A stretch of 60,007 nt of DNA, from the NCBI RefSeq assembly GCF_001194135.2, contig NC_068999.1, positions 6,939,260 to 6,999,266 of the forward strand. The letters are read 5' to 3'. The position numbers and the translations under genes were made by a program. Position 1 is the first letter of the stretch; every line of letters begins with the position of its first letter. The DNA comes from Octopus bimaculoides (lineage: Eukaryota). Below, piece after piece: positions 1 through 11,016 of the stretch. Below the pieces are notes generated by a model. That model ran no database searches. It had not been told where the DNA came from and saw only the letters and a program-made list of their open reading frames with translations.

Positions 1-1152
1 CAGTGTATGGCATGTGTGTGTGTGTACTAAGAAATGAGTCTTTTGTCATCTAAAAACAAATGTGATGAATGAACAGTCTACTTGGGGATGACTGCCCAGT
101 TGCAAAACAATGCCTAAAATGTATTCATCCAACCCATGCTAGCTTGGAAAATATGGATGTAAGTGAATAAATGATTTCAGATATATATAGATGTGTGTGT
201 ATCAGGAATTGTCTTTATTGTGCTTTTTTTTCTTTTTTTTTTTTTTTTTTTTTTTTCTGGTCACTGCAACATTATCTCAGGATATAATATGTATAGGTGC
301 AGGGGTGGTTAAAATGTTGGCTTCCTAGCCAAGTGGTTGTGGTTTCAGTCCCTCCGTGTAGCACCTTGAGCTGACCATGGTTTTGTACATTTGTTTACAT
401 TTAATTCTCGGTCAAAAGCCATGGCATTGATGCAGTGTTCTGTCAGTATTTCACCTATCAATAGACAACCGGCTTTTGAGGGTTTTGGAATAAGGGATCC
501 TTTATTTGAAAGCTGGTAAGGGTTAGCACTAGGTAGGGTGTCCAGTTGTAAAACAATGCCTAAAATAGCATATTCATCTGACCAATGCGAGCAGAGGAGA
601 ATGGATATAAACGTCTTACATATGAAATGGGTTGTCTTTTTCTGCTGTGGTTTCCTGTTTTCCTTAAGATACTTTAAATGCTACTGTCTAAGATCTTAAC
701 GCAGGTGAACTTTACTGTTCCAAAGCATTAAGAAAAAGTTATAATTCATAAAGCTTTAAATTGTCTTTATAGATGTGGAGGACATTGTTGTGGTTCCCTG
801 TACTATCTGAATTGGTCAAAAATCTCTTTGATAGTAATGCAATAGGACTCTGATGAAGGCTAGAAGCCTGAAACTTCAGAGAAGTCACCGTCATCACTTG
901 AATAATAAATGTGTGTGTGTGTGTATATATATTCAAAGCTGATGATGATAGCTATGTGTATGTGTGTACATGCACACATATGTTCATAGTGATTGTTATA
1001 AGATACTTAGGGAACTGCCACAACTCTAAGATGAATTTATTGAACAGAAAGCTGCATTATTAAAGGAGAACTTGAAATAAACTGCTTAACACTCTCTTCA
1101 GTTACATTTTATTTTAATTTCTCTCTTTTGTCTTTCTGCTCGTTGACGTCAT

Positions 1153-1238
1153 CTGTTGCTAACGTTAAATATGATGATTATATGGATTCCCCTTCTGACT
1201 TCTTTGGAGACATTCCATTTTCTGATTGTTGGCAACAG
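1153..1238 (+). ncRNA. Box C/D snoRNA copy 1 in a CCT8 intron; predicted guide for 2'-O-methylation of 28S rRNA
   Basis: C box ATGATGA 1171-1177, D' CTGA 1195-1198, D CTGA 1222-1225. Flanking stem ctgttgctaac/gttggcaacag. The D' guide GGATTCCCCTT is complementary to the conserved 28S sequence AAGGGGAAUCC. Confidence 0.8.
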
Positions 1239-1528
1239 GGAATGCATGTGTGTGTGTGTGTGTGTACTAAGAAATAAGTCTTTTGTCATCTAAAAACATG
1301 CCGAATGAACAGTCTACTTGGGGATGACTGCCCAGTTGCAAAACAATGCCTAAAATGTATTCATCTAACCCATGCTAGCATGGAAAAATGGGTGTAAGTG
1401 AATAAATGATTTTAGATGTGAAATAAGTTACTTAACACTCTCTTCAGTTACATTTAATTTTAATAATTACAATTAATTTAAATGGTATGAAAATAATTTT
1501 AATTTCTCTTTCTCCTCGTTGAGGTCAT

Positions 1529-1617
1529 CTGTTGTTAATGTTAAATATGATGATGATTATATGGATTCCCCTTCTGACTTCTATGGAGACATTCCATTTT
1601 CTGATTGTTGGCAACAG
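1529..1617 (+). ncRNA. Box C/D snoRNA copy 2 (same family)
   Basis: Same boxes and an identical D' guide; the stem ctgttgttaat/gttggcaacag is retained through G-U pairs. Confidence 0.78.
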
Positions 1618-2020
1618 TGTATGGGATGCGTGTGTGTGTGTACTAAGAAATGAGTCTTTTGTCATCTAAAAACATGCCGAATGAACAGTCTACTTAAGGA
1701 TAGCTACCCAGTTGCAAAACAATGCCTAAAATGTATTCATCTAACCCATGCTAGCTTGGAATAATGGATGTAAGTGAATAAATGATTTTAGATATATATA
1801 GATATGTGTGTTTCAGGAATTGTCTTTTTTTTATTGTGCTTTTTTTTTGTTTACTTTAACCTTTTCGTTACCATATTTCTAACCAAAATACGCCCCTTAT
1901 GTGAAATAAGCTACTTTACACTCTCTTCAGTTACATTTAATTTTAATAATTACAATTAAATTAAATGCTATGAAAATAGTTTTAATTTCTCTCCTTTCTG
2001 TTTCTCCTCATTGACATCAT

Positions 2021-2105
2021 CTGTTGCTAACGTTAAATATGATGATTATATGGATTCCCCTTCTGACTTCTATGGAGATGTTCCATTTTCTGATTGCTGG
2101 CAACA
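2021..2105 (+). ncRNA. Box C/D snoRNA copy 3 (same family)
   Basis: Same boxes and an identical D' guide; the terminal stem has mismatches. Confidence 0.72.
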
Positions 2106-2487
2106 ATGTATGGGATGCGTGTGTGTGTGTATTAAGAAATGTCTTTTGTCATCTAAAAACAAATGTGACAAATGAACAGTCTATTTGGGGATGACTGCCC
2201 AGTTGCAAAACAATGCCTAAAATGTATTCATCTAACCCATGCTAGTGTGGAGAAATGGATGTAAGTGAATGTAACTCCTTTCTGGAAATTGTCTCATGAT
2301 TAACCCTTTCGTTAACATATTTCTAACCAAAATACTTGACTGGGTTTACAACACTTTCCTTTCTCTTTTGCCCAATTCAAACTTAGATTTTAACTCTTGG
2401 CATCCAGCTGGTTTGGACAATAACATCTTGCATGAGTTTTAATTGCTTGTTGAAGTTAGTTTTCAACTTTGTGTTTATTTGTTGCAG

Positions 2488-2580
2488 AGTATTCCTGGTT
2501 TAGAACAATATGCTATTAAAAAGTATGCGCAGTCCTTAGAAATTCTTCCTCAGTCTCTGGCTGAAAATACCGGAGCAAAG
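2488..2580 (+). CDS. CCT8: CCT8 (T-complex protein 1 subunit theta), internal exon: [31 protein letters not shown]
   Basis: AG at 2486-87, GTAAGT at 2581, 31 codons; matches the recalled CCT8 motif [27 protein letters not shown]. Confidence 0.95.
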
Positions 2581-2608
2581 GTAAGTGGGAATTTCTTTTT
2601 CTTTTTTT

Positions 2609-2652
<44 letters not shown>

Positions 2653-2771
2653 CTTTACTTTTCTTTCCAGTTTACCAAATATCTTATTTGCTCTAAATTC
2701 CTGTTTTGTATTTGTGAGGCTTCAGAGAAAGAAGAAAATATCTATTTTTCTATTTTGTCTATTTTATGTAG

Positions 2772-2843
2772 AGCCGAGAAGTTCTTTCCAAGTTGTATGC
2801 TTCTCATCAAGAAGGTAAACAGAATGTTGGTGTGAATATTGAG
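2772..2843 (+). CDS. CCT8: CCT8 exon: SREVLSKLYASHQEGKQNVGVNIE
   Basis: AG/GT bounded, 24 codons, phase 0; matches CCT8 EVISKLYAVHQEGNKNVGLDIE. Confidence 0.93.
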
Positions 2844-4157
2844 GTGAGGACTGTTTGTTTTTATTTTCTCTTCACCCACCCTTCCTAATAGGAGTAAATA
2901 GTAATTTCCATATTTCTGTGTTAATCCATTAGTGTTTAAACAAGCCAGATCTGATCTCATAACTATCCTACAATGTCACTCTAAAAAATAAGCAATCACA
3001 TCATCAAAATCTCAAAGATACAAGATAATTGCAGGATTGTTTCAAAACAATGTGAATAAGTACTGCTTTTGACAGTCTGGAATGCTAAAGGGTTGATAAA
3101 GAAACTAAGAAGGGAGATGAGTTGCTGTTGCACACTTTGATAAGTAAAGTTAGAACAACCCCAAGAAAGCAGCTTGTATGTGGCATTTTGATTTCCAGAA
3201 ATCGAATCCTCAAGATGGTTAGTCTGAAAATATGGTATTCTGATTTGGATTACTACCAAATCTCCTTCAAGTCCCTTCATAATGACTTAAGAAGAAGAAA
3301 AGGGAAGCTTTCAATAATGTTGTATGTAAAGAAAAAAAACAAAACAATAGGGTGTTAGTGCAAGGAACATTTAAATCGAAATTGATCTGGAAAATAAAAT
3401 GATTTTTGTCTGGGGTTGTTCAATTAAGAAAATGGTTTCTAGTGAGAACATCTGTGTTGATATTGTTATTTGTTTCTTCAAGTTGAGGCCACCAGTTCTT
3501 TGGCATTTAAACCAGCCATATCTGGCCAAAGGCGCATGGCTCAGTGGTTAAAGCATTGGGCTCACAATCATGAGGTGGAGAGTTTGATTCTCAGACCAGG
3601 TTGTGTTCTTGAGCAAAGCAATTTATTTCATGTTGCTCCGGTTCACTCAGCTGTAGAAATGAGTTGTGACGTTGCTGGTGCCAAACTGTATTGGCTTTTG
3701 TCTTTCCCTTGGATAACATCGGTGACATGGAGAGGAGCGGCTGGTATGCATGGGGGCAACTGCTAGTCTTCCATAAACAACCTTGCCTAGACTTGTGCCT
3801 TGGGTAACTTTCTAGGTGCAATCCCATGGTCATTCATGACTGGGGTGAGGTCTTTACCCTTTTTATCCAGCCAAAATATTCTACCTGTTTTGTGTCCAAA
3901 CTTGCCAAATCTGGCCTCTCACTCCTGTTCTACAATATCATTCTAAAAATTAAGTTACCTCATCAAAATTTCAAAATAATAATGTATGATTAATTCAGAA
4001 CAATGTCGATAAGTATGCATTGCTTTTCACAGAATGTGATTGCTAAAGGTTAACATTTTAATTTTTTAACTTCAGTATAAATAACCATTCCTCGAATTGT
4101 GGATTAAATATATTGTTGCCTTTCAGCTGTTTATCTAAGATTTTATTTTATTTTTAG

Positions 4158-4274
4158 GATGTTGGTGGTGTTACGGATGCAGTAGAAAAAAATATTTTAG
4201 ATCTTTATACGAAGTTTTTCTGGATATTGAAGTTTGCCACTACAGCTGCTTGCACAGTGCTCAATGTTGACCAG
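4158..4274 (+). CDS. CCT8: CCT8 exon: DVGGVTDAVEKNILDLYTKFFWILKFATTAACTVLNVDQ
   Basis: AG/GT bounded, 39 codons; ends with the TVLxVDQ chaperonin motif. Confidence 0.93.
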
Positions 4275-4351
4275 GTAGGGATATATCTCTTGTTCTGTTG
4301 TTTCTTCTTGCTCTTTTCCTTTTTGTAATACATATGGATGTCGTTAATTAG

Positions 4352-4492
4352 AGCTGAGGTATGGCTGTGTGGTAAGGTTCCAGGTTCAGTCTCACTGTGT
4401 GGCACCTTGGGCAGGTGTCTTTTACTATGGCCTCAGGTAGACCGAAGCCTTGTGTGTGGATTTGGTTGATGGAAACTAAAAGAAGTCTGTCA

Positions 4493-4560
<68 letters not shown>

Positions 4561-4850
4561 TACAGGAGTGGCTGTGTGGTAAGTAGCTTGCATCCCAACC
4601 ACACGGTTCCAGGTTTGGTCTCACTGCGTAGCACCTTCGGCAGGTGTCTGTTACTAAAGCCTTGTGAGTTGATTTGGTAGTCGGAAACTGAAAGCCCAGG
4701 TGTGTTTACCTCCCCGTAACTTAGCAGTTCAGCAAAGAGACCGTTATAATAAGTGCTAGGCTTACAAAGAATGAATCCTGGGTTTGATTTGCACAACTAC
4801 AGGCAGTGCTCCAGCATGGCCGCAGTCAAATGACAGACAAAAGAATAAAA
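4352..4850 (+). mobile_element. Two copies of the abundant tRNA-derived octopus-type SINE flanking a (TA)n tract
   Basis: Head 'ggctgtgtggtaag...ggttcagtc...ggcaccttgggcaagtgtc' and tail 'gctccagcatggccgcagtcaaatgac'; many other copies in the window. Confidence 0.8.
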
Positions 4851-5532
4851 ATATGTATATATTTATGTCTGTCCCTTCACCATCACTTGGCAACCTATGT
4901 TGGTGTGTTTACATCCCTGTCACCTAGCTTACAAAGTTGACTAAAAGCCTTCAAGGCGGTGCTCCAGTATGGCTGCGGTCAAATGACTGAAATAAGTTAA
5001 AGAATAAAAGAATATTTAAAGGTGCAGGCGTTGTTTCTCAACCATGTGTTCTTGGGTTAAGTCCCCTGCATGGCACCTTTAGCAAGTGTAATCTATTATC
5101 GCCCTGGGTTAACAAAAGCCTTGTGAGGGATTTTTTGACAGAGGCTTGTACGTGTAACCATGTTGAAATGTTGTGATGGTTGTAAATGAACATCATCCTC
5201 ATGCAAGTGAGATTGTTCATTTCCGGTCTCTGGCCACGGGGGGAAAATGGAAATCTAATTTCCAGTTTAACATCACAACCTGGCCCTTGGATGTCTTTCT
5301 GCCAAAGTGGTTCCTACAAACTGTCAAAGGCCGTTGCTGTTGACTCTTTGTAGACATATAATTGGGTACTGCAAGTATTAGAAACCTCATCTCTGGTTTG
5401 AGAATAACTTCTTTGATTAAGCTTTTTAAAACAATGATACAATTCAGTTTTAGAATTTCAACATCTTGTTCTGATATGTTCAGTTTTTATAATATATTTA
5501 TCATTTCCTCTTTTTTTCTTCTTCATTTGCAG

Positions 5533-5598
5533 ATCATTATGGCCAAACCTGCAGGTGGTCCCAAGACTCGAGAGACCAAAGACTGGGATGAAGATTAG
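5533..5598 (+). CDS. CCT8: CCT8 last exon: IIMAKPAGGPKTRETKDWDED*
   Basis: Diagnostic CCT8 C-terminus IIMAKPAGGPK...KDWD; AATAAA near 5875-5880. Confidence 0.96.
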   Translation: MIMAKPAGGPKTRETKDWDED

Positions 5599-6099
5599 TC
5601 TAGTCTCATTAACTTTCATTTATACCAAGCATTCATTATCATGTATAATAGGTTGCATTATTTATTCCTTATTTTTTTTTCTATAAGAAAAAAATATTTA
5701 CTGGCTTCATATTAAGTACCATCTAATTTCCATTTTTACCAGAAATGTGATGGAAGGTTCATTATCTTTCCACAGTGAGTTTCATACTGAGAAAACCTTT
5801 AAAATGAGATTGGAAGAAGAAAAAAACAAAAAAAAAACTGATTTGCTACAATGTGTATTGTAATTCGAAACCAAAATAAAACATTTGTTTGAATTATTTG
5901 ATGTTTATTTTTCAATCTTCAATTTTCAAGTCTATACTATATTTGGGTTATGTTATCAGTGTGGCAAGGGTCCCAATTCATCATCATTTATACAACCTTT
6001 CTTGTGTAAATGATGGTCTAATTCGACTTCCAGGCCCTGTCATGCACAATTGGGGGTGGGGTGTATGTGATTTTTGAATGCACCGCAAAGCTGTCAGTG

Positions 6100-7100
6100 G
6101 ATATACTCTCTTTTGTGGCAGTGCATCTAACACGACCCATCGTCTGAAGTTTTGACAGCTCCTTCGGGTTTGTTGTCCTGGAGGAACTGGTTTTTTGTTT
6201 GTGGGTGGGAAGCAATGTGGTCATAGACTTGCCCTTGAACTTTGAACATGGGCGTAAATTCATGTTCAACTATCTCCTTAGATGCACCAGACGATGTAGT
6301 TTGAAATGCAGAGTTGTATTGTTTGATATTGATCAGAAAATCCTTTGACTGGATGGCTGTGCCTTCCATAAGAGGTTGAGGTGCTGGGGATCTTTTTTAA
6401 AACGGGGGGCCACATTTTTCATTAACGAAACACTTTGAAACTTGGAACACTGGTACAATGTGTCATATAAAACATCTTTTTCTCTTAGTCTTCTTTAAAA
6501 AAAAAAGAAATCCAGAAGCTATTCCATGTTAAAGTTGTCGTATTTCTATAATTTCAACCAATCACTGACGTCCATTCAGCTGATATACATTAAGTGCCGA
6601 CTACATAAACAAATGATTCTGAAACAACCCTAACCCTAAAGTTAGGGTTAGGGTTAAAGCAAATTTAAAATGAAAAAAGTAAATAAAACGAAGGTATGGA
6701 GATTAAATACGCTTTACACCAAAGGAGTAAATGTAAACAACTGAATACTTGTCAGTGATTGGTTGAAATTATCGAAATAAGACAATTTTTTACATGAAAT
6801 AAATTCGAATACAAAAATATTTTTATGTTCTATAACACAAAATAGATAAGTATACGAAGTTTGAAAGTCTTTCCGTACCAAAAACACTACGTAAAACATT
6901 AATGAAAAATGTGGCCCCCGTTTTAAAATAGATCCGGTGCTGGTAATCTTAGCTTGCTGCCTGAGCAGCACATGCCATTAGTTTCATTTAGAAATTAAGC
7001 TTTGCAGAAACAACAATTTGTGTTCAGCACACTAACTTGGACAAAATTATTGTTTTTATAAAGGTGGGATGGATCATATCTGAAAGCAGCTCCAGGAGTT
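6100..7100 (-). mobile_element. Degenerate Helitron Rep fragment, interrupted by a MITE
   Basis: With the MITE and one TSD removed, the minus strand reads AAFRYDPS...NCCFCKA*FLNETNGMCCSGSKLRLPAPQPLMEG...FLINIKQYNSAFQTTSSG...PMFKVQGQVY, matching Helitron Rep N-terminal motifs. Confidence 0.85.
6388..6935. mobile_element. MITE with TIRs, 8-bp TSD and central telomeric palindrome
   Basis: TIRs ggatc...aaaacggggg(g)ccacatttttcattaa; TSD GGTGCTGG at 6380-87 and 6936-43; aaccctaaccctaa/ttagggttagggtt at 6626-6655. Confidence 0.9.
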
Positions 7101-7699
7101 GTGAAGAACAAATTTGTACACAGCCTGTTTCTGAGAGCTGTTCTATTGGACCTCTGTCTAATCATTAAAATGTTGTTTTAATGATTCAGCATTAAGTGCT
7201 GCAGCATGCCTTCACTGATCTTGGGAAAATCTCATCTCTCTTCTTAATTGAGACTCTGATGTGCTGCAACATGCCTTTGCTGATCTTGAAACAATATTAT
7301 ATTACATTACAATATAAATCTTACTCTTTCACTTTTCACATGTAATACCGAACCAGTGCCAATGTTATATTGTTTTAATGCAAATGAAAAAATAGATTAC
7401 ATGCTGACACTGATGGGGTCGTAAAATTTGATTGAGCCATTTGAGAATGCATAGGGAAGACAAAGAATTTTATAATATATAGAGACTAGCAGAGATACCT
7501 GGCATTGCTCGAGATTAAAATTGTACAGTTTGTGTGTATATATATATATTATATGTTGAAAAGGGTGATACGGGAAAGTGCGGCATTGACAACAAAACAT
7601 TTGTAGAGTAAATGGTCTAATTCAACTAAGCAACATATAATATGTCCATTTAGAGGATTCCAGGCCCTGACATATCATGGAAAATTGGGAGTGGCAGTC

Positions 7700-7860
7700 A
7701 GGTATGTAATTTTAGATTGACCTCAGTACGCAAGTGGTACTTAATTTATCAATCCCAAAAGGATGAAAGGCAAAGTTGATCTTGGTGGAACATAAAGACC
7801 GACGAAATACTGCCAAGCATTTCATCCGGCGCATCAACGTTTCTGCCAGCTCGTCACCTT
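7700..7860 (+). mobile_element. SINE with Nin-like domain (other copies near 10670-10860, 12890-13050 (-), 42050-42230, 47100-47280, 56755-56980 (-), 58260-58460)
   Basis: Recurrent 'tggtacttaatttatc...aaaggatgaaaggcaaagt(c/t)gac' motif. Confidence 0.7.
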
Positions 7861-8896
7861 GGAGAAAAAAAAAAAGTAATAACTTTTGTCACTATTCAGT
7901 TGATTAAAATGATTTAATGTCGGTCTTCCCTGCTGGTCAGTTCAAAGTCTACACCATGCTTCTGTGTTTGTTTTAACATGGTTTTATTTTGGTTGGATGG
8001 TCTTTTTTTTTTTTTTTTTTTTTTACATAAAACTAATTAATTTTTATTTTTCAAACTTCTCCACTTTTCACCTCTTCGTCAGGCAGGGAAGTACAGCACC
8101 CATGGCTTTTCACTCTCAGTTTTTACATAAAACTATTGAATACTTGCAGCAAAGCCTTTATCCTAAAAGTTGCTCATCTCACAAACTTACCTGTTCCACT
8201 GTCCTCAAATTCACCCTCTTGTAGCTTGAGGGGACTTCATCATCACCATCTCTCCTTTATATCTCCTCTACAGCAAAACACCTGCTCTTACCTCGGTGAA
8301 GGTGCATGGTTCAGTGGTTAGATCATTGGGCTCACAGTCATGATGTGGTAATTTCTATGTCCCAGAGTGGGTTGTGTAGTGTTTTCTTGAGCAAGACACT
8401 TTACTTCATGTTGCTCCAGTTTATTCATCTAGAAATGAGTTGTGACATCACTGGTGCCAAGCTGTATCGGCCCCTTTGCTTTTCCCATGGATAACATCAG
8501 TAGCATGGAGAGGGGAGGCTGGCATGCATGGCCAATGACTGGTCTTGCCTAAAACAACCTTGCCCGGACTTATACCTCAGAAGAAACTTTTTAGGTGCAA
8601 TCCCTTGGTCATTCATGTAGCAATCCTATAGGAAAACACGAAACTAGTAATTTCATCAAATTTGTTTTAAATATCAGAGAAAATTATGATTCTGCCAAAG
8701 AAATTTTATTTTTAAACTTAAAGTTTCTAAAAATTATGACTTTTGCAAAATCATAATGCCTGATATTTAAAACACACAAAGCCAAAGTCTCCAATCTAAA
8801 CTTTAATTTTAGTTTGAAAAGTTGAACGAATGTGCCTACACACAATACACAAAACATCTTTCCCAAAGACATTGTTTTTTTTCAAAAATCTCTTTA

Positions 8897-9495
8897 CTCT
8901 TTTACCTGTTTCAGTAATTTGACTGCGGCCATGATGGAGCACTGCCTTTAGTCGAGCAAATCGACCCCAGGACTTATTCTTTGTAAGCCTAGTACTTATT
9001 CTATCGGTCTTTTTTTACCGAACTGCTAAGTTACGGGGACATAAACACACCAGCATCGGTTGTCAAGCGATGTTAGGGGGACAAACACAGACACACAAAC
9101 ATATATATATATATATGGGAGAATGTACGAAAAAACAACAACAGACGAGGACAGGTGGTGTAAATAACAAAAGGATGTATTAGTATGACGCTCGGGAATA
9201 CGGAAAGTCTTTGACGTTTCGAGCTACGCTCTTCAACAGAAAGAATACGAAGACACAGAAAAAAAATTGAATAGTGTTCAGTCAACGGTCAATCATAATA
9301 ATAATAATATATATATATATATATATATATACTTATATACAACGGGCTTCTTCAGTTTTCGTCTACCAAATCCACTCACAAGGCTTTGAGCGGCCCGAGG
9401 CTATAGTAGAAGACACTTGCCCAAGTTGCCACACAGTGGGACTGAACCCGGAACCATGTGGTTGGTAAGCAAGCTACTTACCACACAGCCACTCC
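8897..9495 (-). mobile_element. tRNA-derived SINE whose central microsatellite contains a Penelope-like hammerhead-bearing insert
   Basis: Reverse complement of the SINE head and tail; insert at about 9120-9300. Confidence 0.75.
9208..9244 (-). ncRNA. Minimal type I hammerhead-ribozyme-like motif (Penelope type), core CUGUUGA
   Basis: Minus strand tcttt-CTGTTGA-A-GAGC-gta-GCTC-GAAA-CG-TC-aaaga: 5-bp stem I, 4-bp stem II, palindromic ACGU stem III. Confidence 0.55.
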
Positions 9496-10333
9496 TGACT
9501 GCATCAAATATTTTTTTGCAAAAACGTTTAAATAGATATTTACAGATACATTTATATCTATATATATAAGTCTATAAATATGCATACAACTAGTATACAC
9601 AAACACACACGTGTGAGTATTTATATATGCGTTTGTGTGTGTGTGTACAAGTATTGTTTGGTAAAATCTAATATATATGTGTTTACAGCTTTTACAAGGA
9701 ATAGGTTGACTGATTTTGAAGTTTTGGCTTGCATGATAAAGGCTTTGGTCGGCCCAAGGCTATAGTAGAAGACACCTGCCCAAGGTGTCACACAGTGGAA
9801 CTGAACCTGGAACCACGTGGTTGGGAAACAAGCTTCTTACCACACAGCCATGCTTATATATACATATAATGAAAGACCTGCAATAAAATGAATAGGTTTC
9901 CCTTTGAACCATGTGGCCATTTTTGCTGTCAGAAATTTAAATAATGCCATGTAGTAAAAATACATTTTTAAAATAAAATAAAATGAATGCCTATTTTTTA
10001 AAATACAATGTATTTTAGAAAAATCAAAAGACTGTTTATTGCTTATGATGACAAATGATGAATATATATATATATATATAAAAAAAATTAAATAATGATT
10101 TTTTTTTTTGTATGAAAATTTGTTGATGCCAAAGTTTTTGATATAGAATGTCTGGGGTACAACTAAGAGTTCGGAAAATTAAAAGACTTACTATCTTATA
10201 TATCTTTGTTAATAAACATATAAAACATTTTCTTGCAGTTGTTATTTACTTAATGACACATCAAAGTATTTTAAAATAATGTTGACAAAGAGATAACCTA
10301 TACTGTTTCTGTATTAGACAACTAATGACATTA

Positions 10334-10586
10334 CAGGTACAACTTTCCAGAAACCTCTTATAACCTGCTCTAATTAACGAGCAGGTACTTCAAATTCCCA
10401 CCAGATTAGTTTACTAGTGCCTTGCATAGTACAACATTAATGAACTTGTATCATCTTAACTAATATACAGGTATTTCAGTTATTCAGGTAAATTTAATAT
10501 TTAATATAGAAGGTGACCACCCTTGGTAATCCATAATCTGGAAAGGTTTTGGAACTAAAGGTTCTGGAAAATCTAAGTTGTACCTG
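10334..10586. mobile_element. Tc1/mariner-pogo type MITE
   Basis: 12-bp TIR caggtacaactt/aagttgtacctg with TA on both flanks. Confidence 0.6.
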
Positions 10587-11016
10587 TACTTTCTAGATAT
10601 TAAATGAAATTTAGAAATAAACTATCTGCCCTTGATATGTTTTAAATTAATAATGGTTTCAAAATTTGGCACAAGGCCAGCAATGGTAAGGGGTAAGTTG
10701 ATTACATTGACCCTAGCGGTTAGTTGGTACTTATTTTATCGACATGAAAAGAGGAAAGGCAGAGTAGACCTCAGCAGAACTTGAACTCAGAATGTAAAGA
10801 CAGATGCTAAGCATCTTGTCCGGCTTGCTAACAATTCTGCCAGCTCACTGCATTGTTTTTCTAAATTAACAACAAAAATAATATTTGTCCCCTTTTGAAA
10901 GAAAACAATTTGTGTCCCTTAAGAAAAAAAAAAAAAAAAAAGTGAATGTAAAAGTAATTTGTTTGAGTCACAGGTGTTTTGTAAAAGTTTGTACTTAGTT
11001 GTCATGTCTTTAAATA

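Larger units (their letters stand above)
1..2280. repeat. Intronic tandem segmental duplication; the downstream block recurs 4 times (starts near 1, 1239, 1618, 2106)
   Basis: The block 'gtactaagaaatgagtcttttgtcatctaaaaac...aacccatgctagc...gtaagtgaat' recurs four times, three of them preceded by the snoRNA. Confidence 0.9.

Noticed and set aside
3205-3235. GAATCCT...TGGTTAGT-CTGA resembling an antisense guide to the 28S 5' end
   Set aside because: Complementarity is interrupted by 5 nt and there is no convincing C box.
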